64,000 nt of DNA from Cenococcum geophilum (lineage: Eukaryota), in the NCBI GenBank assembly GCA_050273025.1, contig CP158635.1, positions 21,018,001-21,082,000 of the forward strand. The letters are read 5' to 3'. Positions 28,301 to 40,000 of this stretch are shown here, in pieces. The notes beneath the pieces were generated by a model. It was not told the DNA's origin, ran no database searches, and worked only from the letters and a program-made list of their open reading frames with translations. A program made the translations under genes and the position numbers. The first letter of the stretch is position 1. Each line of letters begins with the position of its first letter.

Positions 28301-28924
28301 ACAAATATAGGACCCTTTCCTACTAGTTAAAGTAGATAGCAAGAATAAGTACTTTATTAAAAGAATTAATAATATTAAGTATAATAAGCGAAAACGCCAA
28401 TTTATATACCTTATAAAATAGAAAGGCTTTATTAAGGCTTTATAGAAACCCGTTAACTCTATAGGACTTATATAAGCTATAGAAGACATTTATAAACTTT
28501 CCTTAGAACTACTATAGCCCTATCTCGCAGAAGCTTAAATTTAAAGGGGGGGTATTATTATAGGACACCCCCGTAATACTTTATATATATTTACCTATTT
28601 TTATTAACTTAACAATTAGAGACCAACTATAAAACCATAATTTACCGCAACCTATAGCAATCTAATAGCAATCTGCTATATTCTACTATATTCCACTAAG
28701 TTTTACTAAATCCTACTAAGTTCTGCTAGAACTACTACCTAAATCCTATTCTACTTTATATATATATTAACTAAGCAACCAAGCTAATAATATATACCCC
28801 TTCTACCTATTTTCCTACCTTCTTTCCTTACGCAACGTCTTAACTTTATTACGCAGTTTATATATATAGCTTAATAGTATCTACTTCGCTATATATTATC
28901 GTCGCTTATACTTATTTTATAATA
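25400..28924 (+). mobile_element. 5'-truncated RIPed chromoviral Gypsy (RT, RNase H, integrase, chromodomain, PPT, 3' LTR 28556-28924)
   Basis: AYI(DD)ILIYS (~26148), NY(E)IYDKELLAI (~26701), GPYKV and IHPIF (~28167-28250), PPT aaagggggggg. The LTR matches 61791-62148. Confidence 0.9.
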
Positions 28925-29772
28925 GCCTTTTTATAAGCTAGAGTATGTTATATTAAATTTATATAAATACTGTATATAAAAAATAGCTAGCTAAAAAGCG
29001 GCCCTTATTTATAAAGGACTTAGTAAAAGCTTAATTAAGGTAGGCGATTAAATATAAAAAGTGGAAGTAATTAAAGTAGGCTAAGATTATATAGAGTAAT
29101 AAGTATTTAGTTAAGAGAAGTTTTAGTAAGTAATGGTTTTATATCTTTTATATACTATAATAAAAATAAAATAAAGATAAGATTAATATTTATAAAAAGG
29201 ATAAAGGGTATATAGTTATAGTATAGGTAAGCTTTTCTAGAGCTTTTAAAAGGTCTAATTTAGTAGGTATAGAAAGGGATAAGGAGTTGCCTAAGGGGGG
29301 GGTACTCTACTTAATCTTATATTTAAATTTTAGATAACTAAATACCTTAAGTCTATAAGCCCGATTTCTAATTTATATAGGGCAACGCTTTAATATATAA
29401 ATTAAAGCTTATATACTTACCCGATTTAAACCCTATTAAACACACCTAGGTATAACTTAAAGAGACGTTCTATAAACGATTTCCAAAGATTGCATATATG
29501 CGCGGCCCTAAGGAGAAGGTAATTAAGAAGCTATCTAAGGCCCTAGTAATTTGCTAGAACGAGATAGCTCCTGCCATTTTTAAGTCTTTAATTAATAGTA
29601 TGGAAGAGCCATGCGATGCTATAATTGAGGCCAAAGGGTGGCACACTAGATTTTGAACACCAAAAATGTATCACGATTACTAGATTGTGTATCTGTAAGT
29701 AGCTTCAGATATTTTTTGAAGCTCTGGAATCAATTGTGTGACTTGCGCATAGTATTTTGGCAGGGGGTGTCA
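28925..29772 (+). mobile_element. 3' part of a Tc1/mariner transposase relic, TIR missing
   Basis: Y(S)PDLNPI(E)HT(W) at ~29414 and C-terminus SMEEPCDAIIEAKGWHTRF* (29597-29656). Homologous to 56870-57350. Confidence 0.85.
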
Positions 29773-29890
29773 CATTTGCTGGGCCTCATGATCACCCCCG
29801 ATATGTGATAGTTATCTTATAAACTAGACCATTGGTATATATACAATGCACACGTGCGGGCATACTGCTCCTTATCACCCAACGAATTCT

Positions 29891-32800
29891 CTACCGACTG
29901 TCTGCCGTTTTCTGCCAGTGCCGTAACAATTTGAATCGCGATCGCCAGGTGACTCGATCGGGTGGATGGCTCGTTGGGGTGTTAGTTCTACCATATTCCC
30001 AACGACTGCCGATTTGAATCCTGAACAGGGTTTGCGTTAATTGCTCGAGCCTATATGGCACAGTAATAAGTGCGCTTTGTAGCAGCATATCTGGGCACCT
30101 CTCGCATAGAAGCGCTATTATTTTTTGCCCGCCACCTGAATTTTCTACCGCTGCTTTAACTACCTCCCCTGTGATGTACACTTCGCTCCCTCGTCGATCA
30201 AGCAGGAGCATCATCACCTCTTTATCAAATAACTTTGCTATTTGAGCAACCGCCTCCTCTGTGATTTTAACTTCGCTCCCTAGTCGATTAAACAGGAGCG
30301 TCATGATGTCTTTTCCATTTCCCTTATTTTCTGCTGCTGCTCTAACCACCTCTTCTGTGATCTGAATTTCGCTCCCTCGTCGATTAAGCAGGAGCATTAT
30401 CACTTCTTTACCATATAACTTTATTATTTGAGCAACCGCCTCTTCTGAGATCTTTACTTCGCTCCCTCGCCGATCAAGCAAGAGCGTCATGATGTCTTTT
30501 CCATTTCCCCATTTCTCTGCTGCTTTAACTACTTCTTCTGTGATCTTTACTTCGCTCCCTCGTCGATCAAGCAGGAGCGCCATAATGTCCTTTCCACTTA
30601 CCCAATTCCCTGCTGCTGCTCTAACCACCTCTTCTGTGATATTCACTTCGCTCCCTCGTCGATCAAGCAGGAGCGCCATGATGTCCTTTCCATTTCCCCT
30701 ATTTTCCGCTGCTGCTCTGACCACCTCTTCTGTGATATTCACTTCGCTCCCTCGTCGATCAAGCAGGAGCGTCATGATGTCTTTTCCATTTCCCCTATTT
30801 TCCGCTGCTGCTCTAACCACCTCTTCTGTGATTTTAACTTCGCTCCCTCGTCGATCAAGCAGGAGCGTCATAATGTCTTTTCCATTTTCCGAATTTCCTG
30901 CTACTACTCTAACCACCTCTTCTATAATCTTTACTTCGCTACCTCGTTGATCAAGTAGGAGCGCCATGATGTCTTTTCCATTTCCCCTATTTTCCGCCAC
31001 TGCTCTAACTACCTCTTTTGTGATTTTAACTTCGCTCCCTCGTCGATTAAGCAAGAGCATCATCACCTCTTTATTAAATAACTTTGCTATTTGAGCAACT
31101 ACCTTTTCCGTGATCTTAAATTTGCACTCCTGTCGATTAAGCAGGAGCGTCATAATGTCTTTTCCATTTCCCTTATTCTCTACTACTATTCTAACCACCT
31201 CTTCTGTAATGTTCACTTCACTCCCTCGTCGATTAAGCAGGAGCGTCATAATATCTTTTCCATTTCGCGTATTCCCCGCTGCTGCTTTAACAGCTCCTGC
31301 CGTGACAGTAACTGGCTTATTTGAACCGAAAGGAGAGAATGTTCTAACTTTATAGTAAGCTTAATTACTCGTTCAAGCTTTAGAAGGTACTTACAGTAGT
31401 ATATCTAGCACTGCTTCCTGCCCCCAATAGCACGCAGCCTGTAGTGCACTATTATATTTACCACCCTTCGCGTTTATATCCGCCCCTGAATCAATTAGGA
31501 GTTTCGCTATCTCTTTATAGCCGCTATATGCTGCTGCCTGAAGTGCGTTCCCAAAGTAGCCGCCTTGTTCGTTTGGGTTAATACCGCCATCTAGAAGGAA
31601 TTGTGTCTCATTAATGAGTCCAAATACCGCTGCCCAGTACAGTGCGGATTGTTTTGTCGATTCACGAGTTCGCGTATAGGGGGGGTCAGTTAACATGGAG
31701 TAGGTACGGAACCATGTGCAAGACAATCCGTTACCGATATCGCAGAGTGCCGCTGTTTTCGAAACCCAGATCGGGTTATGAGCTTCCTGCACATGGAATA
31801 TCCAGTGTCTCGCCGAATAATTCAAGAATGCATAGCTCTCTAGATAGTGAAAAGCCAGTGACCTGCCTCTGAGGTACGATTCGTTGGCATTGATTGGGAT
31901 ACCGTGGTATTCCTGGAAATCCCGGAAGAGTAGAAGAGTAATGCATATCTCCGAGAGCACCTGATGGGCTTTTTGGAGATCAATCGAGTGTCTCCACTCT
32001 TGCAGTTCGGATATTTCGTTGTTCTGCTGTATCAGAAACTCCCTTGCTGTCTGATGGATCAAGTAGACGCGGGAGTCTACTATGCTGACGAACAACCCGC
32101 ACGATTTACTAATCCATTTCTTTCTCTTCGCAAGCCCCTCGAGGTCGAGAGATTTATAGGATGTTGAATCCGGAACGATCTCTAAAGCCACATCAATTTC
32201 GCGCAATGTTAATGGGCGCTGTGCTGCAACAATGATCTGTAAAACTCTTTTCGCCTCTTTCTGCTTGCATTTTGCCAGGATTTTCTCATAAGCCTCCTCA
32301 ACTGTTTTGGGCAAGGTATCAACGACCTTTAGCAACTTTTTCTTCGTCTGTCCCAGTGCATTTTTTATTTCGTCCAATATCAGGTGAAGCCAGAGGTAGG
32401 TTCTGTTTGGTATTTCGCAGAGTCGGTCGTGCAAAGATGACTGTACGTCCTCATCTAGGTCTAGCTCCTCCGCGATCTCTTTGACTTTTGCCTCTATAAC
32501 GGCGCCGATTTCGCGACTGATCTTTCCCGACTCTTCTTCCCCAGCTAGCCGGATAGTCGGGACCTGGCGCGTTAATATGCGGAAGCGACGCTCAATTTCG
32601 TCGTACGGACGGCTAGTCACGAGGAACTTCAGCTTAGATTCAAGCTTAAGCGTGCCTAGAGCACTGCTGTAAAAACTCTCCAGTTGCACGATAAGTTTGT
32701 CCCGGTCGGGCTGACGGCATTCGTCGAGCGCATCAAGGATGCAGATAACATAACCAGCAGATGGGTCCCTTGCAGCGGATATTAACACGTGCCATAGTTC

Positions 32801-33409
32801 TTCGAACTCGTTCCTTAGGGTTTGTCCACATTTCTTCGCAGCCAAAGCAGCGTGTCTTTTAAGGAGATTCTCATGTGCACAAAAAAACTGATGAAGTAAT
32901 GCACATAATGCGGTCGTAACGTTATCTTGCTCATCGTTGTCTTTAAAGAAGAAGTGGCAAAGAGTAGTAGATTCTGCACCAACTAGCTTCTCGTCAATTA
33001 AAGCTCGCGATAACACTGATTTTCCACAGCCTGGATCAGCAGAGAGCCAAAGAAGGTTGTCGCCGTCGCTAGCTTTCCAACTTTGGAATTTTTGGTGCTC
33101 TAAAAACCATGCGCAAGTCCCTGAGACACGCTTAGGATTAATATTTTTGTAGGACTCGTAGTTCGACGTCTTGAAAAAACTCAGCTGGATATCTGCCGCC
33201 CCATATCAGCTAGCTGCTGTGCGGGGAGACACAGCTCCTTAGCAGCGACTTACCTGGGTATTGGATATTATAGTTTGTCTGCGAGCCTGACCGGAACTTA
33301 GTGTAGGATAGAAAAATTAATGTGAACAGGACACACCAATTACTTGCGCATGGCCTGACGCGGCCCCAAGCACGACCCCGCGGTTGTTGGAAATTTCACC
33401 AAAATTCAT
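29891..33409 (-). CDS. Fungal NLR: short N-terminal motif + NACHT NTPase + ankyrin + tandem ankyrin-like repeats; 4 exons (33409-33337, 33286-33254, 33192-31395, 31343-29891), ~1118 aa
   Basis: Walker A LLWLSADPGCGKS, Walker B ICILDALDEC, KFLVTSRPY, YLWLHL, LIHQTAREFL, ankyrin ALQAAAYSGYKEIAKLLIDSGADINAKGG. Three GT..AG introns (50, 61, 51 bp) keep the frame and join the two track ORFs (31391-33016 and 29891-31249) to an ATG at 33409. The extreme 3' end is less certain. Confidence 0.9.
30130..31310 (-). repeat. Coding tandem array of ~12 units of 90-96 bp (consensus MTLLLDRRGSEVKITEEVVRAAAENRGNGKDI) forming the NLR sensor domain
   Basis: Recurrent 'acttcgctccctcgtcgatcaagcaggagcg' at ~96-bp spacing. 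The 32-aa units are interspersed with 30-aa 'AQIAKLF-KEV' units. Confidence 0.95.
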
Positions 33410-33637
33410 CTCGCCAGTCGAGACTGCAGGCGCATTACCAGCCATTGCTGCTGTGGCTGTAGAGGATTATGCACACATGGAGGTAGAAACTGTGCTGCGA
33501 GTCTGTCCAAGGCACCATAAGACACGAAGATGGCTTCATCGTTCTCACAGATGCGGCTGACCTTAGCTGACCTTTCCCGGCGCACGGTCCATCGGGACAG
33601 AGATGGGCCAACGGATCCCGGCTGGAAGGTGCACTTA

Positions 33638-33987
33638 CAGTACCTCGTCAAAAGTGTCCGTGCTTCCCACACCAAAATTTTTTACCGTCACCCGCCCTAC
33701 TTTTTTAACCCTACTTTTTAACCATACCACGTCGTGCGTTAGCTCCAATCAGCGGGAATATTCCCTATGGGAAGGAATTAACTAGCTATAAAAGAGGAGT
33801 AGTTCTAGGATCTGCTAGAGCAGGAGCTATACCCCCTAAAATTACAACTAAGTTAAACTTACTAGAATTAACCGTATAAAAAACCTTATTTAAAGTACCT
33901 TAACGCCTATAAGGCAAATCTATTCCTTAAATTAGGCGTTTTTTTATAAATATATAATTTAAGATAAATATAAGATTTTAAGGATTA
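33638..33987 (+). mobile_element. Left TIR and 5' part of a Tc1/mariner element, split by Gypsy B and probably continuing at 56826
   Basis: TA|CAGTACCTCGTCAAAAGTGTCCGTGC..CACACCAAAA is the inverted counterpart of 15598-15637. Confidence 0.75.
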
Positions 33988-34043
33988 TGTAACGGAACCT
34001 TGTAGCAAGTATTACAATGGGCTTGTTAATAGACTAGGTATAT

Positions 34044-37000
34044 TATTACGGACGCTTTAAGTACGATATTACAACTACTTGGGGAAGAGTCGGAAGAAGC
34101 TAGTTAGTTAATATAAGCACGGTCTAGAATGGAGCCGGTAGAACTATATGACGAGGAATGGTAACCGGGGTTACATAATATGCTATATAAGGAACAAGAG
34201 GAACAAAGGGAACGTACGTACCTTACGTACCTCACGTATATCACGTATAAGAAGGGATTTCATAGGAGTACGGTTATGTATTTAAGGACCCTTAGTCCCT
34301 ACCTAGATAGTTCCTTCCTTATAGTAATTCTCAAAATATAATTAGAGTTAATCTATTAGGCAACTACTTTACCAGTTATTATTACGTTGTTAACTTTAAT
34401 TTACATTACCTATACACCTAGCCTATTAATAAGCCTATTGTAGTACATGCTATAAGGTTCCGTTATATAATTACTACCTAGTTACAGTATTAAATATAGA
34501 AAGTCGAACAATATACCACCAAAAGCAGCCACTATAATGCCATTAACGGCGGCAACTACTTTAAGGTTAGAAGGCGACACTAGTATAGCAGATATTAACT
34601 TACAACAACCTATGACGGTCGGACAGTTATAAGAGATAGTTGACTAGTTAATAAAAAACAATGCGACACTTAAATAAAGGGTTAATAGAATAGGGGCAGC
34701 GAAGATTAAGTTACCTTTAATCGAGAGATTCTTAGGAGAAAGGTTAAAACTTAAAGGATTTCTTACGTAAATGCACTTTAAGGTTATGTAAGAAGGAGTG
34801 AAATTACTAATACCTATAGATCGAATAGCTTATACGGGACTATTTCTATTAAGAAGAGTACTTAAATAGTTTAAGCCTTACCTTATAGAAATACAGGCAA
34901 ATAGAATAATAACCACTAATTAGGAGGTACGGTTTATATTCTTAAGTTAGGAAGGATTTATAGAACGACTTATATAGATATTTAAAGACCTAAAGGCAAT
35001 AACTATAGCAGAAAGAAAACTCTAAGACATTACGCAACAAACCTTAGCAATTAAGTACACTATATAGTTCTAAACGCTAGTAATATAAGTTAAGTGGAAT
35101 AATAAGGCGCTTATAGCATAGTATAAATAGGGACTTAAGGCTAAAGTCTAGGACGCAATTATTCTAATAGAAGATGCGAATACCCTAAGGGAATTAATAG
35201 ATTAAGTAATAAAGATTAATAATAAGATCTACTAAAGGGAACAGGCTAAGAGAGGTTAGGATAGAGTTCTATAGTTATATAAGATGTAGAGTACGCAATA
35301 ACTAAAGCTAAGTTAGAAACTATGGTATAGTGTAGAGCCAATGGACCTAAGCGGTACTAAAGAAACCTATAAGAGATGGAGTAAGAAACTATAGAAACCT
35401 AAAGGTTAAGGATCTAGTAATTATAGGACTAAGGAGCATAGGCTAAACTAGGGATCTTAGCAGCAAAAGACGTTTAGGCGAACTCTATAGTAAAGTTAGT
35501 GGTTTAGAAATAGAGCTTATATAAATTATGGGAAATAGGGTTATTTCGTGAGGGATTATAAAGATGGTTAGAGTTACTATACAATAAAGGGAACTAGACT
35601 AATAGTAGAAGATATACACATATAGAGGGATAATAGTATACTATAAGGAACAAAAAAGTGTTTAATTAAAAGTTTCGCGTTCTGTTACAACAACGCATGC
35701 TAAATTTATAAAGACGCTAAGTACGGCGTAAGCTATTAGCTATAAGAGCTAAAATCTATAGAGTATAGAGGAACTAATAAACCATCGCGCAGATCGGATA
35801 TTAAGGATGATGAATTTAATATAGGCAAAATATTTAATAACGATAAGGTAATAAAGGTAGCTTACTAGAAGCGTATAAACCTTAGAGAAGTTATATTAAA
35901 AGTAGAGACTAAGACCGCTATAGAGCAAGGATCAGTAACGGATATTATAATACTATTAAATACGGCATCTATTGCTTTATAAGATGGAAGGAGTAATATC
36001 TAAAGAAGATTAAGTAAGCAGATAACTGCTAGTGCTAGCTTACCACTTAATAAAGGCAAAAGGCTAAAGGCTTAAGATTCTTAAGATAAGATAAGAGAGA
36101 TTTAAGATTCCAAAGACAGGATAAGGATAGCTTAGGGACCTATAATGGACGAAAACCAATAGAGTAGAGCAGTAGCTTAGTTTAAAGACATACAAATAAG
36201 CTTAGGAGAAGAATTCCTAACGGTATAAGATTCTTAAGACGAGATAAGTAAGATTTAAGATTCTTAAGATGAGATAAGAATACCACGGACGCCTAGTTAG
36301 ACTAAGGCGGGAGCTAAACTTAAGTTAGAAAGCTTAGGATTAAAGAATCTAAGGGACTAAAAATTTGGAGAACAAATAAGGACACCTATAGGTAAGAGGT
36401 AAGGAGCTTCTTTATAGATTAAAGAATCTATAATATAAATAGCAGTTAGGCTGGGAAACAGATATATAAACCTAGAAGACTTACTAGGGGAATGTAGTGT
36501 TTAGCCTAAAGATTAAAAAGTTAATACCGAGGTTAAGAAGTACGAAAACTTTAAGGATCTACTTATAAGACGTAAAAGGAAAGAAACTATAGAGGAATTT
36601 AGAGTAAGAATTACCTTATAGCAAGAACAGAAACTAGATAAGAAATTTAGTATATTAGGACGTATAAGGGACAGAGCGCTAGTATAAAGAATTACTAATA
36701 GACCTAAGATAGGTACACTAAGAGCTAAGTAGCTTACCGAATTAGAAGAAGAAGAGGATTTAGGGATTTTAACTATGTTTAAGGAACGATATATAAAGAG
36801 CTGTCACAATATAGTAATAAAGAGATATTTTTTTACGGATACGCCGTATATATTTAAAGGGTTATACTAAAAGTAGTATAGACAACAACATAATAATAAG
36901 TGGGAAGATTTCTATATATAGTTAGATAAAAAAGTTATTTAAGACTACCCAATTATAGAAAAGGCTATAACTTATATTAAAGGAGCCTTAATTATAACGT

Positions 37001-40000
37001 TAAAAGATCTAGAGGAGTAATTAGAGGACTAGAGAAGCAAAAGGTAAATCTTAGTACCTATAAACAAAGCTATAACGCTTAGATTAACATAAGAAAGGTT
37101 TAAACTTAAGGATAAAGACGAGCTAAGAGTTAACCTAAGATATTAAGCATATTACACACTATTGTAGATAGCATATATAAATAATGCGTGCAATATAATA
37201 ATAATTTATTGCTTAACGTCTGATTTAGATCCCTGTTAGGCCCACGCGGACTACTCCTTATTTACATATGGGGAGAAAACTCTATTTAAGAAAAATGAGA
37301 AAACCCCGTGATCCATCTCCCCGCCTTTTAGGACTCGCCTACTTAGCGCCTGCAAGTCGCCTATAGTGCTCTACTACCTTACTATTTAACCTCCTTAGGA
37401 ACCACTGCTGCCGTAACAAGCTTACGGACGCGCTAGTATTATAAACTATTACTCTACTACTGTAGAGTTACTAGGGGGCACCTACTGCTCGCCCCCTTGC
37501 CTTCTATTACTATTTCCCTTATAACCCAGAACTAATTTAGCACATTTTAACTAATAAGCCACTAGGTAACCGCCTTAAGGCCTTTTTATATTAAGAGCAG
37601 TGTATTATAGTTCTCTATACCAGCTGCTAAAAGCATTATTTCTTAATTAGTGCGTAGGGGGCATAGCAGTATTACGTGTTTTAGTGTCTGTCTTAGCTAG
37701 CTACATTCGCATCTCGGGCTACCTACTAGGATACCCACCCAGTAAAGCCAATCTTTTAGTCCTATTATTCCTGTTCTTAAGAGTGTTACTATTATATTTT
37801 CTGCCTTTATTAGGCCTTTTTAGAGCCCTTAGGTATTTACCCCCTATGGCGTTAACTATGCTATAGCTTGGGTTTATCTTACCTAAGTTAGCCTCTATAC
37901 CTTTAACTCCTATTTACCTCTTCAGCGTTGGTCCAACCAGTATTGCATTACGGTAGATAGTTTCCTAGCATTCTTACGTGTTCTACTTTAGCTCCTTTCT
38001 CTGTCTTACTGTTATCTTTGCTAACCTCTTACGCGTCTTCCTTCCTCCTCTATATAGGCCTGGGCCCTAAAGCGGCACTATTCTTTTTCTGCTTTCTTTA
38101 CCTGTTTCTCTAATATTTCTTCCCTACTTTAGAGTTGTTAGTTTATTCTTCTACGGGGCACCCTAAGGTCCCTCTATAGTTTACTTAGGCGTGTCTTAAT
38201 ATACTTTATAACATTAGAGTTGCGTTTATTTTACGTCCTTTACATTACAGCGGCTTTAATATATAACTATAGGGGGGGAATATTGGATTCCTTCTTAAGC
38301 AGTACTGTAGCCGTTCGCTTGTACCCGCCTATAATACTCTAAAGGTAGGCTGTTTAAACCTTTTAAAGTAGTTTAAGGAGTAATTTAGGGGGGCCCTTCT
38401 TAGTTTCTCTAATGGCCTAAATACTGGATCTATATGTTATGGTTGGCCGGACGACTGCTATATATAGTAGGCGTGACCTTTAGAAGCATGGACCCTATAT
38501 AAAGTTAACAATCCTAAATAAAGTAATAAACTATACTTAGCCTTTACAGGCCGCTTATACTGCATATGCGCTCTACCGGAGCTTACTATCTACCTATACT
38601 CCTAATACCCTTAGGCCCTAAACTGGTTAACCCCTAAAGCCTTAGATGCGAATTATATGCTAGAGATCTGCAGATTAGTTACGTTTTCTTATAAAATGGA
38701 TTAGCTGGTATTTCTCTAGTAAGAATTAGACTCTATAACGTTTTGCCTATTCTATATAAGTGTTATAGGCTTTCTCTAGTGTTCTGCAATTCTCTATGGC
38801 TGTTGGCCCGTATATAATTAGGTTTATATCATTAACAAAGCCTATCCCCTAGGTTGCCCCTTCCTTAAAGGAGTTAAGCAGGTTGCTTATAAAAAAAAGG
38901 AAGAGTATAGGCGAGAGGGGTGATTTTTGTGGTATTCCTATTGCAACTATAATAGGGGGGCTCTAGTATCTACTGAAGACTAGTAATGTTTCTTTCTGGC
39001 CTATAAACCCTTAGATAAATTGTATAATCCATTCTAGGAAGCCCTTTGCCCTAAGGATATATAGGAGACGCTTATGGGGTATATTGTTGTAGGCACTACT
39101 AATATCTAGGCTAAGCATTAATACTATAAAGTCCTTTCGCATCGCCTATGTAGATTTAATGGTAGCAGCGAGTAGCGTAAGTGCTAATAGTGTTAAGCGG
39201 TTCTTTCTTGCCCCTATTTAGCTTTATAGTAGTAGGGCGTGTTCCTCTACCGTATCTGCTATGCGTTCCGCTATTACCCTTTCTAAGATCTTACTAAGGG
39301 TGTTTTCTAAGGTAATAGGGCGGTAGCTTCCTAGGATTAAGTAATCTGCTTTACCTTCTTTTTATAGGATAACCGTTATTATAGATCTTCTAAGTTGCGG
39401 GTAGTAGCCTATAGCAAAGTATGCTTTAGCTATATCTACAAGCTAAGGTACTATAAGTGGCCCATAGGTTTTTAGGGCCTTATTTGGAATCCCATCTAGT
39501 CCTAGTGCTATATTATTTAAAAGGTAGCTAATGGTTCTAGCTATTTCCTCTATTATTATATCGCTGTTAACCCATAGGCGAGTTACCGGTGTTTCGCCCG
39601 TGATATTACTAAGGTCTGCTAGAGCCAGTTAGGGGAAGAACCTTTCTATAAGGATCTTTGCCTTCTTATTATTGTTATTTATGGCCTATAATTCTCCTGC
39701 TCTTTATAGGGGTAGTAGGTATAAATCTTCTACTAGGCGCCCTACCTTTTTCTTTACCTATTTTGCTATAGCCTAAAGGCCCTTGTTATAGGGGAGGCTT
39801 AGGTTAAAAGTGTGCTCATTTATAAACCGTCTCTAGTTATTCCTTACTTCTTTTTTTAGGGTATTCTTTAGCTGGTTTCTTATATCTTTATATCGTCTCT
39901 CGTCTTTAGGGTTATAGCTGCTTGTATATTTCCTTCTTGCTTGTTATTAGCTAGCAACTAGAACTGCATATTGTGTGGACTATACGTATCGCGTATAGGG

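Noticed and set aside
30130..31310. Regular repeats as a CRISPR-like array
   Set aside because: Codon-multiple coding repeats without unique spacers, in a eukaryotic intron-containing gene.
30489..32672. Plus-strand ORFs (30489-30950, 31091-31324, 31110-31355, 31642-31872, 31964-32167, 32272-32484, 32481-32672)
   Set aside because: Antisense shadows of the NLR and its repeats; no independent coding signal.
33406..33785. ORFs upstream of the NLR as a third component or N-terminal effector domain
   Set aside because: Short, no recognisable HeLo/HET/other motif, and they overlap the Tc1 TIR at 33638.
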